64,000 nucleotides of DNA from Candidatus Multivoradales bacterium (GTDB lineage Bacteria > Acidobacteriota > Thermoanaerobaculia > Multivoradales > JAHEKO01): assembly GCA_965248055.1 (NCBI GenBank), contig CBDFIJ010000004.1:2208001-2272000 (forward strand), in the 5' to 3' direction. The position numbers and the translations under genes were made by a program. This document shows, in pieces, positions 40,717 to 49,856 of the stretch. A model generated the notes under the pieces. The model was not told the DNA's origin. It ran no database searches and saw only the letters and a list, made by a program, of their open reading frames with translations. Each line of letters opens with the position of its first letter. Positions within the stretch are counted from its first letter, which is position 1.

Positions 40717-41703
40717 ATGCACACCAAGAATGAAATCGTTGCTGTGGCACGTGGTTACTACGCTCTTCCTATCTTGATGGCCCTGGCGAGAGCTGGAATT
40801 GTTGAGCGGATCCTGGAGCAAGGGGTCGATCTTGCGGATCTTAAAGGTAACCAAAGAAACCTCCGTATTTGTTTGGACTATTTGCGCAACCTGGGTTGGT
40901 TGATTCTTGAGGAGGATCACTATCGAGCAACTTCACTGGGAGCGTCTGTTCTACGTAGATGCGGCGCGTTTGGGATCTTGTTTTCTTACCGCCCGTACAT
41001 TGCCAACCTTGATCAACTTCTGTTTGATGACGAGGCGAAAGTTCAGGTCTATCGAGATGAGAATGTGGTTGGTAGCGGAGAAGCGCACGTCCGTAAATAT
41101 TTTTCTCGCACTGCCGAATTTCTTGCTGCCTCCGAAGCCCAGTATGTACTGGATGTCGGTTGTGGCGATGGCACCTTCTTGAATTATTGTCGAGAGGTGA
41201 GACCGGACATTGGCCTCATTGGTGTGGATTATTCTGAACGCGCCTTGGAGGTTACTCGTAATAACCTTGACGCAGAAGCCATCTTGTTTCAGGGGAACGT
41301 TTCAGAGCCGGAAGTTACCTTGGAAAAATTACACCGTCGCGGCATAGATCCAGCGGAGATTCTGGTTTCAGTCTGGTTTATCTTTCACGAAGTGTTGGGC
41401 ATGGAGGGAATCGACTTGGCTGCCATGCTCCGAGGGTACAAAGAGCTTTCCCCTGAGCACGGGATGATTGTTGGTGAAATCTTCGATATTCCGCATGAAG
41501 TGCTGGCAGAGCACCACAACGAGATTGCGATCCCCGAATTCAATTTGTTCCACGACTTGTCGGGCCAAAAGCTCTTCACTCGAGATGCATGGCAAGAAGC
41601 TATTGCGGTTTCGGGGTTTGCGACCGGTAACTTTATTGGCTTGGATGTCTTGCCTTGGAAAGAAACTGAGTACTTCGGGTCGGCAATCTGGTTCTTGAAG
41701 TAG
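40717..41703 (+). CDS. Class I SAM-dependent methyltransferase with N-terminal wHTH-like region
   Basis: VLDVGCGDG, GVDYS, FIFHE. Confidence 0.8.
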   Translation: MHTKNEIVAVARGYYALPILMALARAGIVERILEQGVDLADLKGNQRNLRICLDYLRNLGWLILEEDHYRATSLGASVLRRCGAFGILFSYRPYIANLDQLLFDDEAKVQVYRDENVVGSGEAHVRKYFSRTAEFLAASEAQYVLDVGCGDGTFLNYCREVRPDIGLIGVDYSERALEVTRNNLDAEAILFQGNVSEPEVTLEKLHRRGIDPAEILVSVWFIFHEVLGMEGIDLAAMLRGYKELSPEHGMIVGEIFDIPHEVLAEHHNEIAIPEFNLFHDLSGQKLFTRDAWQEAIAVSGFATGNFIGLDVLPWKETEYFGSAIWFLK

Positions 41704-41716
41704 TAGCCAAAGGCGA

Positions 41717-42919
41717 CTAACCGCCAACGATCATGCCGGTCAGGTACATCACGGCAAAGCCGGTGGCGAGTCCGGCAAAGATAGGTCGACTGGTGAGAAA
41801 CGGAAGCAGTTCTCGGCCCCCAGCCATGCCGCGACCGATCTGCGGTACAACCTGAGCAATCGCTCCTGCTCCAATCGCCAAAAAGATCATCGACCAGAAG
41901 GTTGAGTAGACCAAGCCGCCAATCCAGGCACCGAGAATGGTCGGTGCGCCAGCCAGTAGGCCAAGCCATAGCAGTCGAGGCCAGTGGGTCTTTTCCTTGC
42001 TCAAGGGCGAGACGATGGCCAGTCCTTCGGTGGTGTTATGTAGCGCAAAGCCGACGATCAACAGAGTGCCCAAGGCGACTTCTCCGAGACGAAAAGCAGC
42101 CCCGATAGCGAGTCCTTCCCCAAGGTTGTGCAAGCCGATTGCGATCGCCATCAGCAGAGCGCTGGTCCAGGCTGGTTTGCCCCAGGCTCCCGACTCGCCT
42201 TGCCTGGAGGTCGTGCGCTGGCGCAGCCAGGCGCCAAGCGATTCGATCGCCAAGAAGGCCAGCCCACTGACCAAGACAAAAGCCACGATGCCTTGGTATG
42301 AAGACGCCAGTTCATGCGCTGTCTCCAGGCCGTCTTCGACCGTGTCAACAAACAAGAACAGCAGCAACCCGATGGTCAAAGCGAGCACGAATTCCAAGCC
42401 GCTGCGGCCCAGTCGTCGCACCAAAGGCAGCCAGAGGATGCCCAGGGCCACCGGCAGGACCCCAACGTAGATTCCGATCAAGGCGAATAGGCCGAGGAAC
42501 CGAGCGTTGGCGGTTGGCGTTTCTAGCGCTACGTCGATGGTGTGGTCAAAAGTGACTCCCGAAGCGGTGACCAGGACCAATTCATGGGCTTCCCCCTCGA
42601 CCCACGGATAGGGGACGGAAAGAGTGGCGCGGTCCAAGTGTGCCAGCGGACCGGGAGGGCTCTGGTGAAAAGCCCAATAGGCCTCGTCAACCATCACTTG
42701 GGCAATGGTGATCGGATCGGGACCGTCGTTGACCACCGAGAACTCGATCATCTCTGGTTTGAGGGTGGTGCTTTGAAACGCTAGCAGTTCGATCGGCGGC
42801 GCGTCACCACGCAGTGTTCCGTCGATGTCAGATTTGACCAACCAAGTGATCAGTGCGGCTAACAGCAGCAGCGGTATCAAGGCCAACAAAAAGGTCGTGC
42901 TCTTGCTAGATTCGCTCAT
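41717..42919 (-). CDS. ZIP-family metal transporter with N-terminal extracytoplasmic domain
   Basis: IGLHNLGEGLAIG and LHNTTEG motifs. Confidence 0.88.
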   Translation of the reverse strand: MSESSKSTTFLLALIPLLLLAALITWLVKSDIDGTLRGDAPPIELLAFQSTTLKPEMIEFSVVNDGPDPITIAQVMVDEAYWAFHQSPPGPLAHLDRATLSVPYPWVEGEAHELVLVTASGVTFDHTIDVALETPTANARFLGLFALIGIYVGVLPVALGILWLPLVRRLGRSGLEFVLALTIGLLLFLFVDTVEDGLETAHELASSYQGIVAFVLVSGLAFLAIESLGAWLRQRTTSRQGESGAWGKPAWTSALLMAIAIGLHNLGEGLAIGAAFRLGEVALGTLLIVGFALHNTTEGLAIVSPLSKEKTHWPRLLWLGLLAGAPTILGAWIGGLVYSTFWSMIFLAIGAGAIAQVVPQIGRGMAGGRELLPFLTSRPIFAGLATGFAVMYLTGMIVGG

Positions 42920-42930
42920 GACGCCACTTC

Positions 42931-43962
42931 CTAGCCTTCTGCCGCTTCAAAGAAACCCATCCAGCCGAGTTCTGCGAACTCGCTCTGGTGGGCGTGGAAC
43001 ATGAACTGACCGGGGTAGCGAAAACGGGTTTCGATAATTGCCCGCTCTCCCTGGCACAACATGATGGTGTCGGTGGTCTCCTGTGAATCCAACCGGGTGC
43101 CGGTGCGGAACACGTCAAAAAACATCGCGTGTAGGTGAAAGCTATTGATCGGATCAAACTCCGTGACATTGAGTAAGTAGATCCGCACCAGCTCACCAAC
43201 CTTGACTTGGATCGGTTGGGCCATATGGAAATGAGCCACGGTATTGACTGCGTAGACCTCATTGCCACCGTCAAAGTTGGTGTCGAAACCGTTCATCACC
43301 ATCACTACTTCATCCGCTTCTGGCCGACCCTCTTTGGGGTCGACGATGAAAGCTCCATAGAGCCCTTTGTGGATGTGGCGCTTGAGTGGAACGGCGTGGC
43401 AGTGATAGAGATGAAAACCGAACGGCTCGGCTTCAAACTCGTATAAGAACTCTTCACCGGGCATTACCTGATCGGCCGGTACCGATCCATCCATCTCGGG
43501 ACGGTGCCAGCCGTGAAAATGCATGGTGTGAGGATGCGAGCCGTGGTTGACGAAGCGAATGCGGATCCGATCCCCTTCAGTAGCTCGAATAGTCGGCCCT
43601 GGGACCTGACCGTTGTAAGTCCAAGCGGGAAAGTAGACGCCGGGCGCGATCTCAATTTCCCGATCGATCGCGACAAATTCATACTCCCGTAGCGTCGAGC
43701 CATCAGCTTGTGGGGTTTCCCGGTAAACCAAGGAGCGCTTGTCCGCGGGAAGGTCAGAGAAATTCCAAGACCGCAGGAAACGCATTGGATCGAACCGAGA
43801 AGTGTCGACTTGACCCACGACCCCCATCTGGTGCGATGAATGGGGTGGGGTTACGGTTTGGCCTGCGGCGGTGAGTTTTTGTAAGCCCGTCGCCCCGGCT
43901 GCGAGAGAGCCGATGCCCGCCGCCTTGAGCAAGGTGCGGCGTGAGGTTGTGGGTTTCGCCAT
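42931..43962 (-). CDS. Tat-exported two-domain multicopper oxidase
   Basis: SRRTLLK Tat motif; HTMHFHG, YHCH..HIHKG, FHLH, MFHAH. Confidence 0.9.
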   Translation of the reverse strand: MAKPTTSRRTLLKAAGIGSLAAGATGLQKLTAAGQTVTPPHSSHQMGVVGQVDTSRFDPMRFLRSWNFSDLPADKRSLVYRETPQADGSTLREYEFVAIDREIEIAPGVYFPAWTYNGQVPGPTIRATEGDRIRIRFVNHGSHPHTMHFHGWHRPEMDGSVPADQVMPGEEFLYEFEAEPFGFHLYHCHAVPLKRHIHKGLYGAFIVDPKEGRPEADEVVMVMNGFDTNFDGGNEVYAVNTVAHFHMAQPIQVKVGELVRIYLLNVTEFDPINSFHLHAMFFDVFRTGTRLDSQETTDTIMLCQGERAIIETRFRYPGQFMFHAHQSEFAELGWMGFFEAAEG

Positions 43963-44002
43963 GATTTTGTGCTGATAAAAAGTAAAGAGAAGTCTAGCGA
44001 GA

Positions 44003-44020
44003 ATTTTGACTACTCAAAAT
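44003..44020. promoter_or_regulatory. Putative MntR/DtxR operator
   Basis: Palindrome ATTTTGA-CTAC-TCAAAAT between the divergent oxidase and regulator genes. Confidence 0.65.
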
Positions 44021-44073
44021 AATAATCTTGAAGGCTATAAAAAAGCAACTAAAACAGGATATCCTTAATCGCC

Positions 44074-44748
44074 ATGCCCACCAGTACTGTCGAGGACTAC
44101 CTGAAACGCATCTTGTTGGAGGAAGCGAAACCCGGTGCGCTGGTTAAGTTTGGACCCATCGCCATCGGTCTCAATGTGGCACCAGGCACTGTGACCGCGA
44201 TGATGAAGACCCTGGCCGACAGCGGACTGGTCAGCTATGAGCCTTACTCCGGCGTACGCCTTTCCTCTGCCGGCCGGCAGCTGGCGATGCACGTGCTCAG
44301 GCGCCATCGGCTGATCGAATTATTTCTGGTCGAAGTCCTCGGGTTGGACTGGACCGAAGTCCACGCCGAGGCCGAAGATCTCGAGCACGCGGTTTCCGAT
44401 CGGATCGTCGAACGCATTGATGCTTTGCTGGGATTTCCCACCGTCGATCCACATGGAGATCCGATCCCTGACGCTCAGGGGCAGTTGTCTACAGATTCTG
44501 CACAAAACCTTACGGCGGTGCCAGAGGGAGGCGTGTTTCAAGTTGTGAGAGTTCTTGACCAGAGTCCAGGGTTCTTACAATTAGTTGAGCTTGAGGGCCT
44601 TCGACCCGGCAGCCTACTCACGGTTGAGAGTCATGATGAGGCTTCCGACACAATGGTATTGCGCCGAGATAAAGGCGATTTGATCAGCCTGGGCTTGAGG
44701 GCGGCGAGCAAGCTTCTGGTCGAAGAAGCGGCGCTCAGGTTTGAATAG
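44074..44748 (+). CDS. mntR: DtxR/MntR-family metalloregulator with FeoA domain
   Basis: EDYLKRI, RRHRLIELFL, EAEDLEH, DPHGDPIP. Confidence 0.88.
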   Translation: MPTSTVEDYLKRILLEEAKPGALVKFGPIAIGLNVAPGTVTAMMKTLADSGLVSYEPYSGVRLSSAGRQLAMHVLRRHRLIELFLVEVLGLDWTEVHAEAEDLEHAVSDRIVERIDALLGFPTVDPHGDPIPDAQGQLSTDSAQNLTAVPEGGVFQVVRVLDQSPGFLQLVELEGLRPGSLLTVESHDEASDTMVLRRDKGDLISLGLRAASKLLVEEAALRFE

Positions 44749-44835
44749 ACTTAGGTCGTAATGGGCTCATGTCAGCTTGACACGGGGCTCTATTCGTTGT
44801 GTTTTCTCTTGCGACAGAAATGACTGAATAAAGAA

Positions 44836-45372
44836 ATGTCGAAGAAGTTGTCACCGAGCACTCAGCAATTCGTTCTTCATTGGGGGTCTATGGGGCCTCA
44901 CTGGGGAGTCAATCGTAGCGTCGCACAAATCCACGCTTTGCTCTACCTGTCACCCGACCCCTTCACCGCTGAAGAGATTTCCGGATTGCTGTCTATTGCA
45001 AGGTCAAATGTAAGCAATAGCCTAAAGGAACTCCAGTCTTGGCACATCGTACAAAAAGTCGCTGTGCTCGGAGATCGACGGGAGCACTTCAAGTCCGAGA
45101 TTGATGTGTGGGAGATGTTTCAGACTGTTCTTGCTGAGAGGAAGAAACGAGAATTCGACCCGACATTGAAGTTGCTGCGGGAGATGCCGACAACGGGACA
45201 CGACTCAGCGGAAACTAACTATACGCGGGAGCGTCTTGCAGAAATGCGTGAGTTCTTCGAGTCGACTTCAGCTTGGTATGTAGAGATCGGTCGCTTGTCG
45301 CCCAAATCTATGCGTCGGCTTGCCACTCTTGGGCGGAGGGTGCGCCAATTGGTTGATCCCGGAAGTCGTTGA
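44836..45372 (+). CDS. GbsR/MarR-family transcriptional regulator
   Basis: FVLHWGSMGPHWGVNRSVAQIHALL, RSNVSNSLKEL, GDRREHF. Confidence 0.85.
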   Translation: MSKKLSPSTQQFVLHWGSMGPHWGVNRSVAQIHALLYLSPDPFTAEEISGLLSIARSNVSNSLKELQSWHIVQKVAVLGDRREHFKSEIDVWEMFQTVLAERKKREFDPTLKLLREMPTTGHDSAETNYTRERLAEMREFFESTSAWYVEIGRLSPKSMRRLATLGRRVRQLVDPGSR

Positions 45373-45390
45373 GTTTTTTTGTACCTGTAG

Positions 45391-45406
45391 TTCTGTTATG
45401 ACAGAA
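45391..45406. promoter_or_regulatory. Putative operator of the GbsR-family regulator (related site at 44804..44819)
   Basis: TTCTGT-TATG-ACAGAA palindrome over the next start codon; similar TTCTCT-TGCG-ACAGAA upstream of the regulator. Confidence 0.5.
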
Positions 45407-46822
45407 ATAAAAGAAACGAATGCACGTTCGCTTCTCTTCTACGATGACGAATGTTCTGTTTGTCGGAGCACGGTGAACCGTTGGAAGTGGGTGCTGAGGA
45501 AGCGAGGTGTGGAGACGGTAGCGATGCAATCAAGCCGCGGCCGCCGTCATCTGGGCTTGGAGAAGGGAGTGGTTCCGGATGAGATGAAGCTTCGCCTGTC
45601 GAGTGGAAAGCTTGTGGGTGGCGGAGATGCTCTGATTCATTTGACGGGTCTCTTTTGGTGGGCGAAGCCCCTTCACACTCTTGCCAGCGTGTGCCCTTGC
45701 AGTGATCGCATTGCCAATGGAGCATATCGATGGGTGGCTGCTGGTAGGTATTGCGTGGCTGGAGCATGCAGGGTCACGAGTAGTCCAAAGGATCACAACC
45801 AACCGAGCTGGCGCGAAATGATTTTAAGTAGCGTGGGGTATCTGCCATTGTTTATTGGCGCAGGCCTCGTGGCGTCTATCCGCAGCAAATTTTCGCCCTG
45901 GGTGTTCATGTGGGTTATCTCCTACACTCTCTTCGTCGGCTTCAAGTTCTTGACGCTTTGGCTGCAACGCGAGAAGTTGCAGGGTGTACCGTCTTGGCGA
46001 ATCCTGGCGTATGTTTTCGCTTGGGTGGGGATGGATCCCAGGCCGTTTCTGGTGGGGCAGGGTCGCTCGACGCCAAGGGTGCCACATAGTGGTCTGGCGT
46101 CCAGCCTTTGCTCATTGATTGTAGGAGCCTTGATTCTTGTCTTTGCCGCATCAAACCCGGCCCATTTGCAAGATCAATTGAGGGCGGGGCTCGGGCTCAT
46201 AGGTTTGGCCTGCGTTCTTCACTTCGGACTTTTCAAATTAGTAGCGTGGTTTTGGTCCAATATGGGCATCGCGGTTGCTCCGGTCATGAATGCACCGCTG
46301 CAGGCGACCTCGGTCAACGATTTTTGGAGTCGTCGTTGGAACTTGGCGTTTAGAGACCTCGCGAGAGTTACGGTCTACCGCCCGGTCTCACGCTTGGCAG
46401 GTGGGGCGGTAGCAATGCTGTTGGTTTTTCTAGTCTCAGGTTTTCTGCACGAAGTGGCCCTCTCGTTGCCTGCACGGGGTGGCTATGGTTTACCAACTCT
46501 CTACTTCTTACTGCAAGGGTGTGCGGCTCTCACTGAGCGTTACGTCCGGTCTCAGAGACCGTCCATGTCTCGGTTTGCCTACCGACTCTCGGCTCTGGCA
46601 ACAGTGGTTCTTCCGATACCCCTGCTCTTTCACTCTGCGTTTCTCCGCACGGTCATCATTCCATTCTTGAATTCTCTACAGGAAGCCTTAACCATGAGAA
46701 TTACCTACCCCCCCCCTTTGGGTTTTGATCGCAGTTGGAGGAATGGTGCAGATTGCGATAGCGGTCGCTTCGCTCATGGTCCCGAAATGCCTACAGTGGC
46801 GCCGACGCTTGCTGGGAGTTGA
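45398..46822 (+). CDS. DCC1-like thiol-disulfide domain fused to MBOAT_2 acyltransferase
   Basis: FYDDECSVC...YRWVAAGRY followed by DFWSRRWNLAF and FLVSGFLHE. Confidence 0.78.
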   Translation: MTEIKETNARSLLFYDDECSVCRSTVNRWKWVLRKRGVETVAMQSSRGRRHLGLEKGVVPDEMKLRLSSGKLVGGGDALIHLTGLFWWAKPLHTLASVCPCSDRIANGAYRWVAAGRYCVAGACRVTSSPKDHNQPSWREMILSSVGYLPLFIGAGLVASIRSKFSPWVFMWVISYTLFVGFKFLTLWLQREKLQGVPSWRILAYVFAWVGMDPRPFLVGQGRSTPRVPHSGLASSLCSLIVGALILVFAASNPAHLQDQLRAGLGLIGLACVLHFGLFKLVAWFWSNMGIAVAPVMNAPLQATSVNDFWSRRWNLAFRDLARVTVYRPVSRLAGGAVAMLLVFLVSGFLHEVALSLPARGGYGLPTLYFLLQGCAALTERYVRSQRPSMSRFAYRLSALATVVLPIPLLFHSAFLRTVIIPFLNSLQEALTMRITYPPPLGFDRSWRNGADCDSGRFAHGPEMPTVAPTLAGS

Positions 46823-46894
46823 CCCAATCGTGCGACACCTTTTCTGGGTCTACGCTGGGTTTATCTTCCTATTATCCCCAGAAGCTGCCGCGTG
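46694..46894 (+). pseudogene. Small membrane protein, frameshifted at a C9 run and truncated
   Basis: The +1 frame after C9 reads LWVLIAVGGMVQIAIAVASLMVPKCLQWR..LFWVYAGFIFL, then unrelated sequence. Confidence 0.5.
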
Positions 46895-46970
46895 ATGTAT
46901 ACGTATCTTCTTTGTATCTCTTAGATATATCCGGCCAATCTGGCCGCTGAGATAGATAAACCTGTCCGCA

Positions 46971-47285
46971 TTACTGGGACAGGTTGTCCGTTCGTACAAA
47001 ACGCGTAAATTGCTCTGTTGGTCGGAGGGATCGACTGCCTTCGATGAGCCCATGATCGCGCAGCTTGGCAAGTCCTCTGCGCACCGTTCGATCGGAGATT
47101 CCGAGCGCACGTCCGAGGTAGTCGCGAGACGCGAAACACCACCCCGTCTTTCTGGCGAGAACTTCGATCATCGCCAGAAGGGCGTACTCGTTGATCGTGA
47201 GGTTCAGCTTTTTGCGCGCATGCAAGTCGATTCGCACATATGGCGGATTGTTGGCCTTTTGGCCGGTGCGGCGATGGTTGTGCAT
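46971..47285 (-). CDS. Winged-HTH protein (mobile-element replication/regulator-like)
   Basis: GWCFASRDYLGRALGISDRTVRRGLAKL. Confidence 0.7.
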   Translation of the reverse strand: MHNHRRTGQKANNPPYVRIDLHARKKLNLTINEYALLAMIEVLARKTGWCFASRDYLGRALGISDRTVRRGLAKLRDHGLIEGSRSLRPTEQFTRFVRTDNLSQ

Positions 47286-47391
47286 GTGTGAGCCACCGTA
47301 CGTCAGCATAAAGGGAGCGTCTAGTGAACGCTGGTCACGGGAGAACATCCGTTCACTCGATAGTGCAATGTCTCTTCGCCAAACTGGAGCA

Positions 47392-47598
47392 ATGGAGTAT
47401 GACTTTCCAGAAATCATGAGCCGCTGCTCTCATCTCTCCGAACAAGAACGCGAAGCAGCTCGCGAGCGCCTCAACCGTTACATCAGACTACTTGTCGACA
47501 TCGCTCGTGATCCAGAATCACGCCGAAAGTTGGATCAATTGACGAGGACAAGATCGGCGCGTACCGTGAACTCACGGTCGAACCATTACAAGTCCTAA
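47392..47598 (+). CDS. Small hypothetical protein preceding the recombinase
   Basis: RBS GGAG; HLSEQEREAARERLNRYIRLL. Confidence 0.5.
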   Translation: MEYDFPEIMSRCSHLSEQEREAARERLNRYIRLLVDIARDPESRRKLDQLTRTRSARTVNSRSNHYKS

Positions 47599-47613
47599 CC
47601 AAACACCCGCACT

Positions 47614-47845
47614 ATGCAAAAGTGTTTTGGATACATCCGTGTATCCAGAAAACGCCAAGAAGAAGGTGTCTCGCTCAAAGAACAGCGAGCAGCCATCATC
47701 GCCTACGCTACGAAGCACGGCATCGTCATCATCCATAAGATTGACCGAAACGCCTGAAACCTCCATGACTGGGCCGACCTTGCCGACCTCACCGAAGAGG
47801 GTGCACTTCCGTCGGGAACGGGCGGCGAATACCGCGCTTCTCTAG
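47614..47845 (+). pseudogene. Serine recombinase N-terminal remnant
   Basis: MQKCFGYIRVSRKRQEEGVSLKEQ...HKIDRNA*NLHDWADL, with an internal deletion and a premature stop. Confidence 0.8.
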
Positions 47846-48002
47846 CGAACCCGCAAATATTACCATGCCCGAATCAGCTCGTCTAATGACAAGGTTGCTA
47901 CGAGAATCGAACTTTTGTGGCTCTGCTGAGCTTGTTACTGTTCACACGTTGTGCGACGTTCTAAACACCGTTTTCTCGAACCACATAGCATTCAGAGAAC
48001 CC

Positions 48003-48032
48003 AAAAGACCTCTCGGCTGAGAGGTTTTTTTT
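48003..48032. terminator. Probably bidirectional Rho-independent terminator
   Basis: aaaagacctctc-ggct-gagagg followed by T8. Confidence 0.75.
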
Positions 48033-48229
48033 GGGACGTTCTTCTGACGAACATTCCTTATTGTCTTGTGTACGAACTCAGGACGTAGCTCGAACTTCGG
48101 ACAATTCGTCCGATTTGGGCACGAAGAACATTCCGAGGTGGTGTGTCCCCATTATCGAGGCGCTCGTTCGCTTTGCCAAGGGATAGTACGACAGGTTACA
48201 GGACAATCCCCGCGACGTTCTTACGGGTT

Positions 48230-48796
48230 CTAGTCGGCGGCAAGGTTGATCTCTGTTCGATCCCCCTTTTCTTGGACGGAGAACGATACCGACTCTCCAA
48301 CTGCCAACTTTCTTAGCTCAAGCGTGTGTTCGGGCTGCTCTTGATCTTCAACAACCTCGATGGACAAGGGCTCCGAGGTAGCCGAGTCATCGTAGGCGTA
48401 AAGAGTGACCTTGCCAGCTTCGATACCTCTGACCTCGAATTCACCGGAAGCATCGGTCGTAGTCGATAGCTCGCGTCGGCGACGCCCATCACGTTGCTCC
48501 CGGATGGCCACAACAAATGCGTCCGCCGGAGCGTCGTTCTTCACAACGTGGCCCACAATACGTGTGTTCTGCAGTACCACAGGAACCTTCGCATGGGTCG
48601 CTCCCATGGGACGTTCAATAATTTTGGTGCCGGCGGATTGTGTCCCGTTGCTGCCCATCAACTCAACTTCGATCGCCCATTCCCCTGCTTCAGGGAGATA
48701 CCCCACGAAAACGACCGTTCTCGTCGGTGGGCACCCGAATCGACCGCACGCTGTTTCGACCCCCAAAAATGAGGACGCCAGCTGTCCGGTCGTCCC
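48230..48796 (-). pseudogene. Internal fragment of a carboxypeptidase-regulatory-like multidomain protein
   Basis: RIVGHVV..TTDASGEFEVRGIEAGKVTL; cut by IS5 at the 5' side. Confidence 0.65.
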
Positions 48797-48800
48797 CTAG

Positions 48801-49357
48801 GAGCTTGCTGAAAAACCCCACCACCGGACCATAACGATTCTATAATTGGGAATAGGAGGTTTTGATGCGTGGATCGGATCAAGGTCAGGGATCAATGTTC
48901 AGCTACGTTGACCTGGAACGGCGAATTCCTCGGTCTCATCCGTTGCGGCGGATCCGAAGTTTGATGGACGAAGCTCTTGGAGAGCTATCGGAGCGTTTTG
49001 AGACGATCTACGCTTCGAGTGGTCGTCCTTCGATTCCCCCCGAGCGTCTGCTCCGCGCATTGCTGCTTCAAGTGCTCTTCAGCGTGCGTAGTGAACGCCA
49101 GCTGATGGAGCAACTTGAGTACAACCTTCTATTTCGCTGGTTTGTCGGTCTTGGTATCGACGAGCGGGTGTGGGACGCGACGACGTTTTGCAAGAACCGA
49201 GAGCGCTTGCTCGAAGGTTCGATCGCGGAAGAACTGTTTGCAGCGGTGCTGTCTCAAGCCGAGGACCGTGATCTGCTGTCACCGGATCACTTCAGCGTTG
49301 ATGGCACACTGATCGAGGCTTGGGCTTCGCACAAGAGCTTTCGGCCAAAGGACGAAG
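48801..49357 (+). mobile_element. Truncated second copy of the IS5 element
   Basis: CTAG at 48797-800, IR gagcttgctgaaaaac, transposase translation identical to copy 1 up to KDE, then replaced by the IS3-like element. Confidence 0.9.
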
Positions 49358-49457
49358 TCCTTTCTGCCAACATGAGTGAGACACTCCCCCGTTCAACAAT
49401 TAATGTAGGGCGGACGGAGGTAAATCATGTTGAAGATAGATACAAATCGAAGTCTGG

Positions 49458-49856
49458 TTGGTTCGAGGGAGAGATCCCGTCGCGCTCGACCCGGAGACCC
49501 CTGAGAAGCCATATCGACGGCGTTTTAGCGCCGCGTACAAGCTCGGTATTCTGGAGCAGGTTGATGCCTGCACCGCAGCGGGTGAAGTAGGAAGGTTGCT
49601 GCGTCGCGAAGGGCTTTACTCCTCACATTTGACAAGCTGGCGCAAAGCGCGGCGCGAAGGCTCTCTGGCTGGACTTTCCAAGCGTCGCGGGCGCAAGGCA
49701 AAGCCGGTCAATCCCCTGGCCAAGAAAGTCCAGCAGCTTGAGCGTGAGAATGCGCACCTTAGCGGTGAGCTTGAGAAAGCTCACTTGATTCTATATGTCC
49801 AGGGAAAAGTTGCCGGGCTGCTGGGATTGAGCTTCGACGACGGGAAAAGTTCCTGA
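49458..49856 (+). CDS. IS3-like OrfA (start uncertain)
   Basis: RRRFSAAYKLGIL..LLRREGLYSSHL. Confidence 0.8.
   Translation: MVRGRDPVALDPETPEKPYRRRFSAAYKLGILEQVDACTAAGEVGRLLRREGLYSSHLTSWRKARREGSLAGLSKRRGRKAKPVNPLAKKVQQLERENAHLSGELEKAHLILYVQGKVAGLLGLSFDDGKSS

Noticed and set aside
48230-48310. Cold-shock-domain-like LAVGESVSFSVQE tail
   Set aside because: Too short to support; probably junction read-through.
48862-49590. 242-aa ORF as a complete transposase
   Set aside because: IS5 sequence stops at 49357; the remainder is read-through into the IS3-like element.
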